Source of the DNA: an uncultured Pseudomonadota bacterium
GTDB lineage: Bacteria; Pseudomonadota; Alphaproteobacteria; RF32; CAG-239
Assembly: GCA_949300375.1 (NCBI GenBank)
Contig: CASGEB010000002.1
Location: forward strand, 1,816 to 65,815
Direction: 5' to 3'
Length of the DNA: 64,000 nt
Both the position numbers and the translations under genes were made by a program. Under the pieces are notes generated by a model, which worked only from the letters and a program-made list of their open reading frames with translations, searched no databases and was not told the DNA's origin. This document shows positions 38,670 to 47,642 of the stretch, one piece after another. Positions within the stretch are counted from its first letter, which is position 1; each line of letters opens with the position of its first letter.

Positions 38670-39764
38670 TTAAAATCGGTCGGCCCAAGCTGTTTCTTCA
38701 ATAGCTTCAACCTTGTTAATTGCATTTTTGGCCATGCGGCTGGTTCTCGGCAGATAGGTTTCGAGAATCTGCCGGCAGGTTTCTATTTTGTGGCCGGTTA
38801 CCGAGGAAATCTCGGCTTCTGTGCATCCGGCCTCTGCCATACGGACAACGGCCGTCCGGCGTAAATCAAGGAATTTCAGTCTTGCGCAGGACGGCATTGT
38901 CTTGGCGGCCTCGTCCCGGACTTTTTGAAATTCGTGACTGAAATAACTTTGCCTCATTTTCCCGCCATAAGAATCTGCTTTAACAATCAGTCCTCCCACT
39001 TCCGGAATAAGACCGGCTAACCGCTCTTTCAGGGTTTTGTGTGCCGGAACTTCAATCCAACGGTCGGTTTTTTGTTGTTTTAACCTGAAAAAGCCATGGG
39101 AATATTTATTCCAGTCAAGGCTTAAGATATCGGCTTCGCGCTGTCCCAGGCAGGCTCCGCAAATTATAGCCGTGCCGATGGCTTTCTTTTGCATGTTGTC
39201 GGCTGTTTTGACCATGTGGTTTTGTTCTTGCGGCGTCCAGACAATATCGCGTGAATCCGGTGTTTCGGTTTTTGGCCGGGCAGCCGGATTTATCCGGATT
39301 TTTCCGGCGTCAACTGCATATTGCAGCAAAAGCCGCAATATGGCGATAACCGCGTGGCCCATACGCAGACCTTTTTTGGCACACAGAGCCTCATAAAAAT
39401 TGTGGACGTTTCCTCTGGTAATTGCTTCGACGGGAACATTTCCGGCCCAGGCCTTTATTAAAGATATTTTATATTTGTAATCTTTTTGGGTATTGGCCGC
39501 ACGTTTCTTAAACCGCGGGCTTTCCAAATATGCTGTGGCCAGGTCGTTCATGGTATATTCTCCGGGGCTTTTCTCCGGAGTTGCGGCATCGCCTTTGCGC
39601 CAGGCATCCAAAATCCGGTTTTGTTCTTCAGCTTTATCAATGGCTGCCCGGCGGTTGGTGCCAAGTTCAAGGCTTTCCCAGCCCAGGGTGCGAAGTCTTG
39701 TCGACGGCTGCCAATAGTAACAGTTTCCTTTTTGAATGAGATACCTTATTTTGATTCTGGACAT
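38670..39764 (-). CDS. int: Tyrosine recombinase/integrase
   Basis: GQREADIL (R), QQKT (K), DLRRTAV, VTGH, ETYL (Y); N-terminal arm-binding-like YYWQP domain. Confidence 0.92.
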   Translation of the reverse strand: MSRIKIRYLIQKGNCYYWQPSTRLRTLGWESLELGTNRRAAIDKAEEQNRILDAWRKGDAATPEKSPGEYTMNDLATAYLESPRFKKRAANTQKDYKYKISLIKAWAGNVPVEAITRGNVHNFYEALCAKKGLRMGHAVIAILRLLLQYAVDAGKIRINPAARPKTETPDSRDIVWTPQEQNHMVKTADNMQKKAIGTAIICGACLGQREADILSLDWNKYSHGFFRLKQQKTDRWIEVPAHKTLKERLAGLIPEVGGLIVKADSYGGKMRQSYFSHEFQKVRDEAAKTMPSCARLKFLDLRRTAVVRMAEAGCTEAEISSVTGHKIETCRQILETYLPRTSRMAKNAINKVEAIEETAWADRF

Positions 39765-39773
39765 TTTTAGCTC

Positions 39774-40103
39774 CTAACGTTTTTTCAAGAAATTAACGAC
39801 GCCGGAAACGTCCTCGTCCTTCAAAAGATCCAGAAGTTCAAGTTGTTCCGGGCTGTATATCTTGTCAGCCGCAATTTCATTGAAAAGAATGGTGGGACTG
39901 ATATTAAGCCCCTGGCAGAAAAGAACCAGAAACGATGCCGGTATTTTAGAAGCGTTTTGCTCATAGCGGGCAATCTTGCGTTCATATACCCCGGTCAGTT
40001 CTTCCAGCTTGCGGCGCGAAATATTGTATTTCTCCCGCAGGCTTTTTATCTTGTCGGCAATGGCTTTGTTGATTTCGGCACTCGACTGCATTCGGCACCT
40101 CAC
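39774..40103 (-). CDS. XRE-family HTH protein
   Basis: IKSLREKYNISRRKLEELTGV....IARYE. Confidence 0.85.
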   Translation of the reverse strand: MRCRMQSSAEINKAIADKIKSLREKYNISRRKLEELTGVYERKIARYEQNASKIPASFLVLFCQGLNISPTILFNEIAADKIYSPEQLELLDLLKDEDVSGVVNFLKKR

Positions 40104-40366
40104 AAGTTTGCAGCATTGGCGTCAAGAATTTGCTGCCAGTATTTCTTTGGCTGATTATCGTTTACCTTTAGATAATCGGGCAGCTGCATATCAAGCCATA
40201 ATTCGACCGCACGGGAATCCCAGTTGCAGCCGAAGCCTTCTATCGGAGCCGGAAACTTCCGCTCTTTGCAGAGCTTTCGCCAGTTTTTGTACGTCCAGGA
40301 CGTCGTCTTATCAAAAATGACTGCCAGATCCGCAATTCCTAAAAGTCTGCGTTCCTGCATAAACAT
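40100..40366 (-). CDS. Excisionase/AlpA-like winged-helix protein
   Basis: RLLGIADLA..F.K...W.Y.......FPAPI......WD..AV..WL. Confidence 0.75.
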   Translation of the reverse strand: MFMQERRLLGIADLAVIFDKTTSWTYKNWRKLCKERKFPAPIEGFGCNWDSRAVELWLDMQLPDYLKVNDNQPKKYWQQILDANAANL

Positions 40367-40410
40367 TACTCCTCAATCGTTGAATTAACAATCGAGGTTA
40401 TAAATTATTA

Positions 40411-40438
40411 TGACAAAAATGTCAACACAAAAATGTCA
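40411..40438 (-). promoter_or_regulatory. Tandem operator over the leftward promoter of the xis-int operon
   Basis: Minus strand TGACATTTTTGTGT-TGACATTTTTGTCA overlapping TTGACA-17-TATAAC. Confidence 0.7.
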
Positions 40439-40443
40439 TAATA

Positions 40444-41016
40444 TTATTTATTGCTGACATTTTTTGCTTTTGTGTTGCTGTTTACTTTAGGAAGAAAAGA
40501 TTTGACAATGCTTTCCAGCTGTTCTTTCTGACTGGGAATAACGTTACGATATGCCTGCAGTAGCAGCTTTTCATCATCTGCTTCTTCCCCGCCGAGCGCG
40601 GACTGTTGAAAAATGCGTTTATTTTGCCAGTTTGAAAGGATTATGCTTAACAGAACAAGGGTATCGTCAACCGACAATTCACCGGAATCTTCTATTTTCC
40701 GGTATGCTGTATCGGTTATGCCGAGGCTGGCGGCCATTGACGTGCCGCTGACGCCGGCGCTCAACCGGACGAAATGCAGCAGTTCTTTGGTGTTTATGGC
40801 TTTTTCCTGATCATTGAAGACGATTTTATTATCGCCGAAAAGATCGGCAAGGCTGCATTGCAGCGCGTTTGCTATATCAATGGCCACGCTGATTTTCATA
40901 TCGCTGTATTTTTCATAGCGGTCTATATAGCGTTGGTCAACACCGAGCATTCCCGCCAATTTTGCTTGCGACCAGCCTCTTTTTTCTCTGATTTTTTTCA
41001 GGTTGTTTTGCATCAT
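40444..41016 (-). CDS. Prophage repressor with two XRE HTH domains and no S24 peptidase domain
   Basis: NLKKIREKRGWSQAKLAGMLGV...IDRYE and LHFVRLSAGVSGTSMAASLGITDTAYRKIE; AAGGAG RBS before ATG 41016; divergent from the replication genes. Confidence 0.8.
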   Translation of the reverse strand: MMQNNLKKIREKRGWSQAKLAGMLGVDQRYIDRYEKYSDMKISVAIDIANALQCSLADLFGDNKIVFNDQEKAINTKELLHFVRLSAGVSGTSMAASLGITDTAYRKIEDSGELSVDDTLVLLSIILSNWQNKRIFQQSALGGEEADDEKLLLQAYRNVIPSQKEQLESIVKSFLPKVNSNTKAKNVSNK

Positions 41017-41103
41017 TGCCACTCCTTGTAAATTTTTATACACAATCTTAAACTGGCATTTTTGCCGTTTCCACCACAAATTTGACATTATTTTTTTATA
41101 TTA

Positions 41104-41131
41104 TGACATTTTTGTATTGACAATATTGTCA
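41104..41131 (+). promoter_or_regulatory. Tandem operator over the rightward early promoter
   Basis: TGACATTTTTGTAT-TGACAATATTGTCA overlapping TTGTAT-17-TATGAT. Confidence 0.7.
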
Positions 41132-41276
41132 TAATATGATTTGAATCGTTTACAGAGGTTAAAAGTAAACTTGATAAGGCTTAATAATGGCTGTTTTGCT
41201 ATATAATAATCACAATCTTTCATCAACGAAATTGTCAGACAACACAACAATTTTAACAATAATGGAAGGTTTTTGT

Positions 41277-41603
41277 ATGGCAAAAGACGACATTAATTTG
41301 CAGATCGGCCAGAGATGGGCCTCTGCACTGAAGAAAAGATTTCCGGAAAGAAACACGGTGAAACTGGTGGCCAGAAGTTTTGACATTGAGGTCAGAACGG
41401 CCAGATCCTGGCTTGAAGGGCAGGCACCGCGCTGCCAGCACCTGTTTGTGGCCGGACAGAAGTTTGGCATGGGGATTTTGTTTGAACTCTTTTCTCCAAA
41501 TAGAAAAGTTGGTAAACTTGAAGACAGCTTGTTGAACCTGGAAAAGAAGATCTATCAACTCGGACAGGAACTCCGTGCCATTCGAGAGAGGGGCGACTTA
41601 TGA
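41277..41603 (+). CDS. Putative HTH regulator (CII/Cro-like position)
   Basis: TVKLVARSFDIEVRTARSWLEG helix-turn-helix plus C-terminal coiled coil; GGAAGG before ATG. Confidence 0.7.
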   Translation: MAKDDINLQIGQRWASALKKRFPERNTVKLVARSFDIEVRTARSWLEGQAPRCQHLFVAGQKFGMGILFELFSPNRKVGKLEDSLLNLEKKIYQLGQELRAIRERGDL

Positions 41604-41716
41604 TTTTTAAGTTGCCCGCTCTCTTTTTTGTGTTGTTGGGACAATTTTTCAACCTTGTCGCATGTGGGTGCCTTTTCTTTGCAAGGAAATTGTATGGGAA
41701 CAGAAAACAGAATTGA
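41600..41716 (+). CDS. 38-aa hydrophobic peptide (absent from the ORF track)
   Basis: ATGA overlap with the upstream stop, GAGGGG RBS; MIFKLPALFFVLLGQFFNLVACGCLFFARKLYGNRKQN. Confidence 0.5.
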   Translation: MIFKLPALFFVLLGQFFNLVACGCLFFARKLYGNRKQN

Positions 41717-42770
41717 AATTCCGGAAATCGTCCATCTTCTGAGCAGCAAGATGGACTATCTTGTTGTTGCTTTGGGACTGCAGGGACGTTATGAGAATAA
41801 TGATTTTGTCGCTTATAATCCGACAAGAAACGATACTCATCTGGGCTCTTTCCGGATTTGCGTCAAAGGCCCGAAATGCGGAACCTGGAAAGAATTTGCC
41901 GGCGGAGAGGCCGGCGGCGACGCCCTCGAACTGATTAATTACTGCCTTTTTGGCAACCGGCAGAACAAAGCCGAGGCAATCAAATGGGCAAAAGTCTTTT
42001 TGGGAATTGATAACACTCTGAAGCCCGGCGAGTTGAAAATGATCAAACAGGAAGCCCGGGACTATAAGGAAAAAGCTGCGGAGGCTGACAAAGAACGCCG
42101 GGAAAAAAGCCGTAAAATGGCTGAACGCATTTTCTTGTCTGCCGAACCTAACATTGCCGGAACGCCGGTTGAAGAATATTTGTTAAACCGGGGCATCGAT
42201 CTGCGTGAACTCGGCAAACATCCAAAATCTTTGCGTTATGCGCCGAAATGCTGGTTTTCTCCGGAAGAACCGGAAGTCCCGGCAATGGTGGCCTGCATTA
42301 ATGCTCCGGATGGCAGCTTTATGGCTGTTCACCGGACTTTTTTGCAGAATGACAAAGGTCTTTGGATCAAACGCAAAAAAAGAGTGCTCGGCGATTGTGC
42401 CGGCGGCGTCATTCGTTTGTGGCGCGGGGATACCAATGCTCCGGTCAGCCGGCTGGAAGCAGGAATGGTCAAAGAAACTGAAAATTCCGGCCTCTTGATT
42501 ATTTCCGAAGGAATTGAAAATGGTCTTTCCGTTGCGGTTGCCTGTCCGGAATATCGCGTTTGGGCATCAATATCCAGTTCAAATATGGCGAACGTCAAAA
42601 TCCCCGGATGTATTGATACCGTCATTATTGCCGCAGATAACGATGAGCCGGATTCTCCGGCTGACAGGGGCATTATGAAAGCTGCAGAGGAATTTGAACG
42701 CCAGGGCGTTATCGTCAAAATCGCACATAGCCCGAGCGGCAAAGATTTTAATGACCAGTTAAAAGCTTAA
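41694..42770 (+). CDS. Toprim-domain primase
   Basis: W.EFAGGEAGGDAL.LI, EYL..RGI, AVHRTFL, SEGIENGLS, IAADND, GKDFND. Confidence 0.88.
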   Translation: MGTENRIEIPEIVHLLSSKMDYLVVALGLQGRYENNDFVAYNPTRNDTHLGSFRICVKGPKCGTWKEFAGGEAGGDALELINYCLFGNRQNKAEAIKWAKVFLGIDNTLKPGELKMIKQEARDYKEKAAEADKERREKSRKMAERIFLSAEPNIAGTPVEEYLLNRGIDLRELGKHPKSLRYAPKCWFSPEEPEVPAMVACINAPDGSFMAVHRTFLQNDKGLWIKRKKRVLGDCAGGVIRLWRGDTNAPVSRLEAGMVKETENSGLLIISEGIENGLSVAVACPEYRVWASISSSNMANVKIPGCIDTVIIAADNDEPDSPADRGIMKAAEEFERQGVIVKIAHSPSGKDFNDQLKA

Positions 42771-42800
42771 AAGCATTGGCGTGCTTGAAAGAAGGATAAA

Positions 42801-44543
42801 ATGTCTGAAGAAAATAAAAAGGCGATAGCCGCCGCAATTAAAAATGCAAAAACGCTCAGGAAAAAAAGCAGGAATTTTCTGCCCGACGGCTGCCCGGTTG
42901 TCCCGTTAGGAACAAAAGACGGCCTCTATTATTACATTACGCCGTTGTCGCAGCTGCGCTGTCTGAAGGATAAAGACCACGGCGCCAAGCAGATTTTAAG
43001 CCTTTTTGAAATGGAAAGCAGTTTTTTGCAATCCGGCCGGTATGCCAGGACAAATGCCAAAGGCGAAGTAACCGGCTGGTATTCTGACGAAGTGGCCCGC
43101 GACCTTATGGCCAGCTGCGCCCAGGAAGGTATTTGGGAGCCCGGCGATAAAGTCCGCGGCGCCGGCGCCTGGCGTAATGATGACGGAAACATTGTCATTC
43201 ACTGCGGCGATGTCATTTTTGAAAATAATAAAGAGTTTAAGCCAGGTATTCACGGCTCGTTCGTTTATCCTTCCGAGCCTAAACGCCAAAGACCTGCGCT
43301 TATAGGGGCGGCTCCCGGAGAGGTCAACGAGCTTTTGGAGCTGATAAAGACCTGGAACTGGAGCCGTCCTGACCTTGATCCGTTCCTTTTGCTCGGCTGG
43401 ATTGGCGCAGCCTCTATCGGCGGCGCATTGAAATGGCGGCCGCTGATGTGGGTGACCGGCGATAAAGGAACCGGGAAATCGACATTGCAGGACTTGATAA
43501 CGGCGGTTTTTGCCGGTTCTTTGCTTGCCGTTTCCGATACAACCCCGGCCGGTATCTGGCAAAGTGTTAAATATTCCAGTCTGCCGGTCGCTCTCGATGA
43601 GATTGAGCCTGAAGATGATAACAAAAAAGTCCAGGCAGTCATCAAACTGGCGCGGCAAGCCTGTTCCGGAGGTGTAGTCTTAAGAGGTAGCTCCGACGGC
43701 CAAGCCGGCACATTTAAGGCGATGAACTGCTATTTCTTCAGCTCAATCCTTATCCCGCCGCTGCTGCCTCAGGACCGGTCGCGCATGGCGATTTTGGATC
43801 TGGGGCACATCGGCGGGAAACCCCCGGTTATCAATCATAAGCATTTTGGCGAGCTGGGAGCTAAAATCTTAAGGAAAATGCTGGACTGCTTCAACACCTT
43901 TACAGACAATATTGAGATTTTGCGCGGAAAATTATCAGCTGCCGGTCTCGACAGCCGCGGCTGCGACCAATTCGGCGTGCTTTTGGCGGCTGCCGATATT
44001 TTGCTGACCAACGGCGATGTCATGGATTCTGACAGCGCTTCGATTTGGGTGGAGCGGATAAAACCGCTTATTGCCCAGGAAAAATACGAAAATGTTTCTG
44101 ACCATACCGCCTGCGCCGAGCATTTATTTACCAGCTTTGCCGATATTTACAAAGACGGTGCCAAAAGAACAATCGGCGACTGGATTGCCGAGGCTGCCGG
44201 ACTTGATTGTTCCCGGGCGGCTGCTAATGCCGATCCGCAGCAGGCCAATAAAATTATTTCAACCTATGGCCTTCGTGTCGAGAAGGTCAAAAGCTGCCGC
44301 GGTGAAGAGATTCCCGCCTTATTTGTCGCCAGCCGGCACCAGGGGCTTGCAAAAGTTTATGAAAATACGCATTGGCGGCAGGGCGTCTGGATTCAGGCCT
44401 TCCGCCGTTTTCCCGGTGCGACAAATTACAATACTAAACGTTTTAACGGGGTTGCAGCTAAATGTGTGTATGTGCCGCTTGACAATCTGCCTTTGCATCC
44501 GGACGTCGACGAGGTGGTCGCATTAATGAATGCTACAGCTTGA
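42801..44543 (+). CDS. Replicative helicase/ATPase (P4/D5-like)
   Basis: Walker A GDKGTGKST, Walker B VALDEIE, Arg finger QDRSR; follows the primase. Confidence 0.85.
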   Translation: MSEENKKAIAAAIKNAKTLRKKSRNFLPDGCPVVPLGTKDGLYYYITPLSQLRCLKDKDHGAKQILSLFEMESSFLQSGRYARTNAKGEVTGWYSDEVARDLMASCAQEGIWEPGDKVRGAGAWRNDDGNIVIHCGDVIFENNKEFKPGIHGSFVYPSEPKRQRPALIGAAPGEVNELLELIKTWNWSRPDLDPFLLLGWIGAASIGGALKWRPLMWVTGDKGTGKSTLQDLITAVFAGSLLAVSDTTPAGIWQSVKYSSLPVALDEIEPEDDNKKVQAVIKLARQACSGGVVLRGSSDGQAGTFKAMNCYFFSSILIPPLLPQDRSRMAILDLGHIGGKPPVINHKHFGELGAKILRKMLDCFNTFTDNIEILRGKLSAAGLDSRGCDQFGVLLAAADILLTNGDVMDSDSASIWVERIKPLIAQEKYENVSDHTACAEHLFTSFADIYKDGAKRTIGDWIAEAAGLDCSRAAANADPQQANKIISTYGLRVEKVKSCRGEEIPALFVASRHQGLAKVYENTHWRQGVWIQAFRRFPGATNYNTKRFNGVAAKCVYVPLDNLPLHPDVDEVVALMNATA

Positions 44544-44949
44544 TCACTAACTTTATCACTAACTTTATCACAACTTTATCAGTCGCCCTTATCCGGGCGG
44601 CTTTTTTATCTCTCCCCGGGCCCCTGAGGTCTCCATACAGCCTTTTTGTCTTTGGCTGACCATTTTGTCGGCTTCAGCAAAAAGGTCTTTATAAACAAAA
44701 AAATGCTTAAAAAAGGCACTCCAATGGCATTATTGCTATTTTTTTGCAAAAATCAGTGGTTATCCACCTGATTTTTGCAGCGTTATGAAAAAAGTTTGCG
44801 GCGCTGAAAGCGGCGGAAACAAGCCGGTGGAGCCCAGCCAGGACTCCCTCATCCCTTACCCGTACCCAAAATTTTTCTTGCAAACGCAAAAAATGCGGTG
44901 TAAATATTGTCTTGATAGATTTTCTTATTTCCCGGCTCTCGGCCGTAAT

Positions 44950-45220
44950 CCGCAACCGCGCAACAATCAAGTTGCTTTAAAAGTTGCGTTACTTATCCCG
45001 AAAAATCAACAAGTTATTTAAACCGCAACCGGCGCAACCGCCGGAATGTTTTTTTCTTCACGCGCGCGCGCATATGGGAAAAAACCGGTTGCGTTGGTTG
45101 CTCTGGTTGCGGGTTCTATTCATTATTATAATTATTATTTTTTTTTCAGATATTTAAATAAATAAAATAAACATATAGAGGCGCAACTTTGCCGCAACTT
45201 TGCCGCAACCGCCGCAACTT
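44950..45220. repeat. Putative phage replication origin: GCAAC iterons in both orientations with an AT-rich tract
   Basis: About 13 GCAAC/GTTGC copies, AT-rich 45118-45178, IHF-consensus AATCAACAAGTTA at ~45004. Confidence 0.7.
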
Positions 45221-45240
45221 TGGAAAAGGTAATTAAATAT

Positions 45241-45882
45241 ATGGTTGATATTGCTCAAAACCTGACTGGCCTTGCTACTGCGGTCAAATTGACCTCAAAT
45301 TGCAGCGAGGATCAGAGAGAAAATTCCGCCGCTTCAAAAAATTTTGAAACAGCGGACCTTTTCTCGTGTGATGAGCAGCCCGTTTCTTTGCCTGCCAGGT
45401 CAGAAAACGGCGGTGAAGATTGTATTCCCGGGCTTCCGGGGACGGGTTCTGCCGCTCCGCGTACGCCTGGAAGGCCCAAAGGTGCACGCAATCGGTCAAC
45501 TGAAGAATGGCGCAAGTATATTTTGAGCAAGTACAAAAGCCCGCTGGTGATGCTTTGTGAAGTCTACTCCAGGCCTTTGGCCGAGCTCAAAAAGGAAGTC
45601 AACTGCGATGCTTTGGACGCTTTTAAGCTCCAGCTTTCGGCCGCGCAGGCTGCAATTCCGTATTTGCACCAAAAGCAGCCTTTGGCTATTGAAGACAACC
45701 GCGACAGCGTTCCGGTCATCAATATCAATGTTTCAAGCTTTGATGCCAAGGTTTTGGCCGACCGTTCCGGTAATATCCGGCCGGAATTGACCTCGGTCGA
45801 GATGGTAACCGATGCAGAATTTGCCGAGCTTCTCGATGAACAGGAAGCGCAATGCAAAAATGACGCAGATTCAAACGATTAG
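45241..45882 (+). CDS. Putative terminase small subunit
   Basis: GRPKGARNRST motif, AAQAAIPYLHQKQP; upstream of terL. Confidence 0.7.
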   Translation: MVDIAQNLTGLATAVKLTSNCSEDQRENSAASKNFETADLFSCDEQPVSLPARSENGGEDCIPGLPGTGSAAPRTPGRPKGARNRSTEEWRKYILSKYKSPLVMLCEVYSRPLAELKKEVNCDALDAFKLQLSAAQAAIPYLHQKQPLAIEDNRDSVPVININVSSFDAKVLADRSGNIRPELTSVEMVTDAEFAELLDEQEAQCKNDADSND

Positions 45883-46187
45883 TTTGTTTTATTTGTTAAA
45901 AGTCTGAATACAAGAGTCTGAAAGCCAGGCGAAACATTAGGAAAATCAAGGCTTTCAGGCTGTTTAAGCACTTGATTAAAAATCTTTTGTTCTGTCTGAA
46001 ATATGGCTTTTTTGAAAGTTTTTAATCGGATTTATGGTTTTTGACGGGGGTATGCCGGCGGTTCGTTTTCGAAATTTCTTCTCCCAAAACGGACAGAGAA
46101 ATTTTCTCGAATTTCAAAAGCACCCCGGAAACAAAAAAAGAAAAGGGTTCGGGCAGTGGGTTCGGGCTCGGGTTTTAGGGTTTGGGA

Positions 46188-47642
46188 ATGGTTGTTGAAG
46201 ACGCAATTATAAACGCATTGACTTTTGCTCCGGAAAAAACAATCGGGCCGGTGGCTGCTGCGTTTTATTATGATAATCACGAGATTTCGGCAATAATGGG
46301 GCCGGTCGGTTCGGCCAAGACGTCAACGGCCATGATGAAAGTCTTCAGACATGCGCTGCTTCAGGAACCAAACGAACGGGGGATTCGGTATTACAAACAC
46401 ACCATTATCCGGGACACCTACCGAAATCTTAATAAAACGACAATTCCTTCCTGGCTTCGCTGGATTCCAAAAGACTTGGGTACCTGGCGCGGCGGCGGCA
46501 GCGCGGAACCGGCAACGCATAATTTGAAATTCAAGCTTTCACACGACGGAACTTTTGTTGATTTGCAGGTCGATTTTATAGCCATGGGCGACGCTAACGT
46601 GGAAAATGCCTTAAAAGGTTTGGAAACAACGTCAATCCATATCAACGAGGCCGATTTGGTGTCTGAAGATGTTATGTCTTATGGCGCCGGCCGTACCGGA
46701 CGTTTTCCCAGCGGCCCGTTCGGACGCTGCTCCTGGAAAGGAATTTGGTCGGATTTGAACGCGCCGCAGGAAGACAACTATATGGCGGATAAGTTTATTT
46801 TTAACAAACCCGAAAGTTTTGCTTTCTTCCGACAACCTTCCGGAGAAAGCCCCGAAGCTGAAAACCTGCAGAACCTTCCGGGCGGCGCAAAATATTATTT
46901 GGCTCAAAAAGATGTGCTGGCTCCGGATCTTTACCGCCGCCTTGTTTTGAATGAAATCGGTTATTCCCGCAGCGGCGAGCCGGTTTATGAGGAATATAAT
47001 GACGACATTCATACCGCAAAAAAGGAATTGTCTCCGGTTCCGGGAATCCCGCTACGGCTTGGGGCGGATGCCGGTTTGACGCCGGCCTGCACAATCGGAC
47101 AAAGACTTCCGGACGGACAGTTTATTGTATTACGCGAGGTCGTCAGCACCGGAATTGGCGTTTATAAATTCGCCGAGGCTGTTAACAAGATTTTAAGCGA
47201 AGAATTTTCTGGCTTTTCCGTTGCCTCGGCTGCTGCCGACCCGGCCGCCGCGGCAAAATCCTCGACCGACCGGGACGAAAAGTCCTGGCTGCAGATACTG
47301 AGAAATGAAACCGGTATTAACTGGCTGCCGGCACCGACAAATAATATTACGCCGCGTTTGGCCGCCGTCAAAGGTATGCTGACACGTTTAATTGACGGCA
47401 AGCCGGGGCTTTTGGTTTCTCCGGCCTGCAAGATCCTGCGGCGCGGTTTTATTTCCGGATATTGCCTAAAGGACGGGGAACCGATGAAAAACGAATATTC
47501 CCACGTCCACGATTCTTTTCAATACAACGCCCTTATGTCCGGAGAATATTTTGAAGTCATGAATCGGCAAAAAAGATTTAAGGATTTGGGCAAAACCTTT
47601 GTTGCCGATACAAATTTCGGAGTTTTCAGCAATGGCTGCTAG
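46188..47642 (+). CDS. terL: Terminase large subunit
   Basis: MGPVGSAKT Walker A, IRDTY..L..TTIPSW, INEAD, AENLQNLP, GADAGLTPA, HVHDSFQY nuclease motif. Confidence 0.9.
   Translation: MVVEDAIINALTFAPEKTIGPVAAAFYYDNHEISAIMGPVGSAKTSTAMMKVFRHALLQEPNERGIRYYKHTIIRDTYRNLNKTTIPSWLRWIPKDLGTWRGGGSAEPATHNLKFKLSHDGTFVDLQVDFIAMGDANVENALKGLETTSIHINEADLVSEDVMSYGAGRTGRFPSGPFGRCSWKGIWSDLNAPQEDNYMADKFIFNKPESFAFFRQPSGESPEAENLQNLPGGAKYYLAQKDVLAPDLYRRLVLNEIGYSRSGEPVYEEYNDDIHTAKKELSPVPGIPLRLGADAGLTPACTIGQRLPDGQFIVLREVVSTGIGVYKFAEAVNKILSEEFSGFSVASAAADPAAAAKSSTDRDEKSWLQILRNETGINWLPAPTNNITPRLAAVKGMLTRLIDGKPGLLVSPACKILRRGFISGYCLKDGEPMKNEYSHVHDSFQYNALMSGEYFEVMNRQKRFKDLGKTFVADTNFGVFSNGC

Noticed and set aside
44658..44687. 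Imperfect palindrome GACCATTTTG...CAAAAAGGTC
   Set aside because: Single copy in the window; no function can be supported.
44707..45021. Two short overlapping ORFs (87 and 78 aa) near the origin
   Set aside because: No clear RBS or motifs and they overlap the iteron region; likely non-coding.
44543..45220. Short repeats as a CRISPR array
   Set aside because: Units are 5-12 bp, with no unique 30-40 bp spacers and no cas genes.
36773..45984. int-xis-repressor-primase-helicase-terS block as a separate PICI/satellite bounded by attL and the 45972-45984 site
   Set aside because: The second site is inverted rather than direct and lacks the tRNA 3' half, and the same operator occurs on both sides (40411, 41104, 53679), which argues for one phage.
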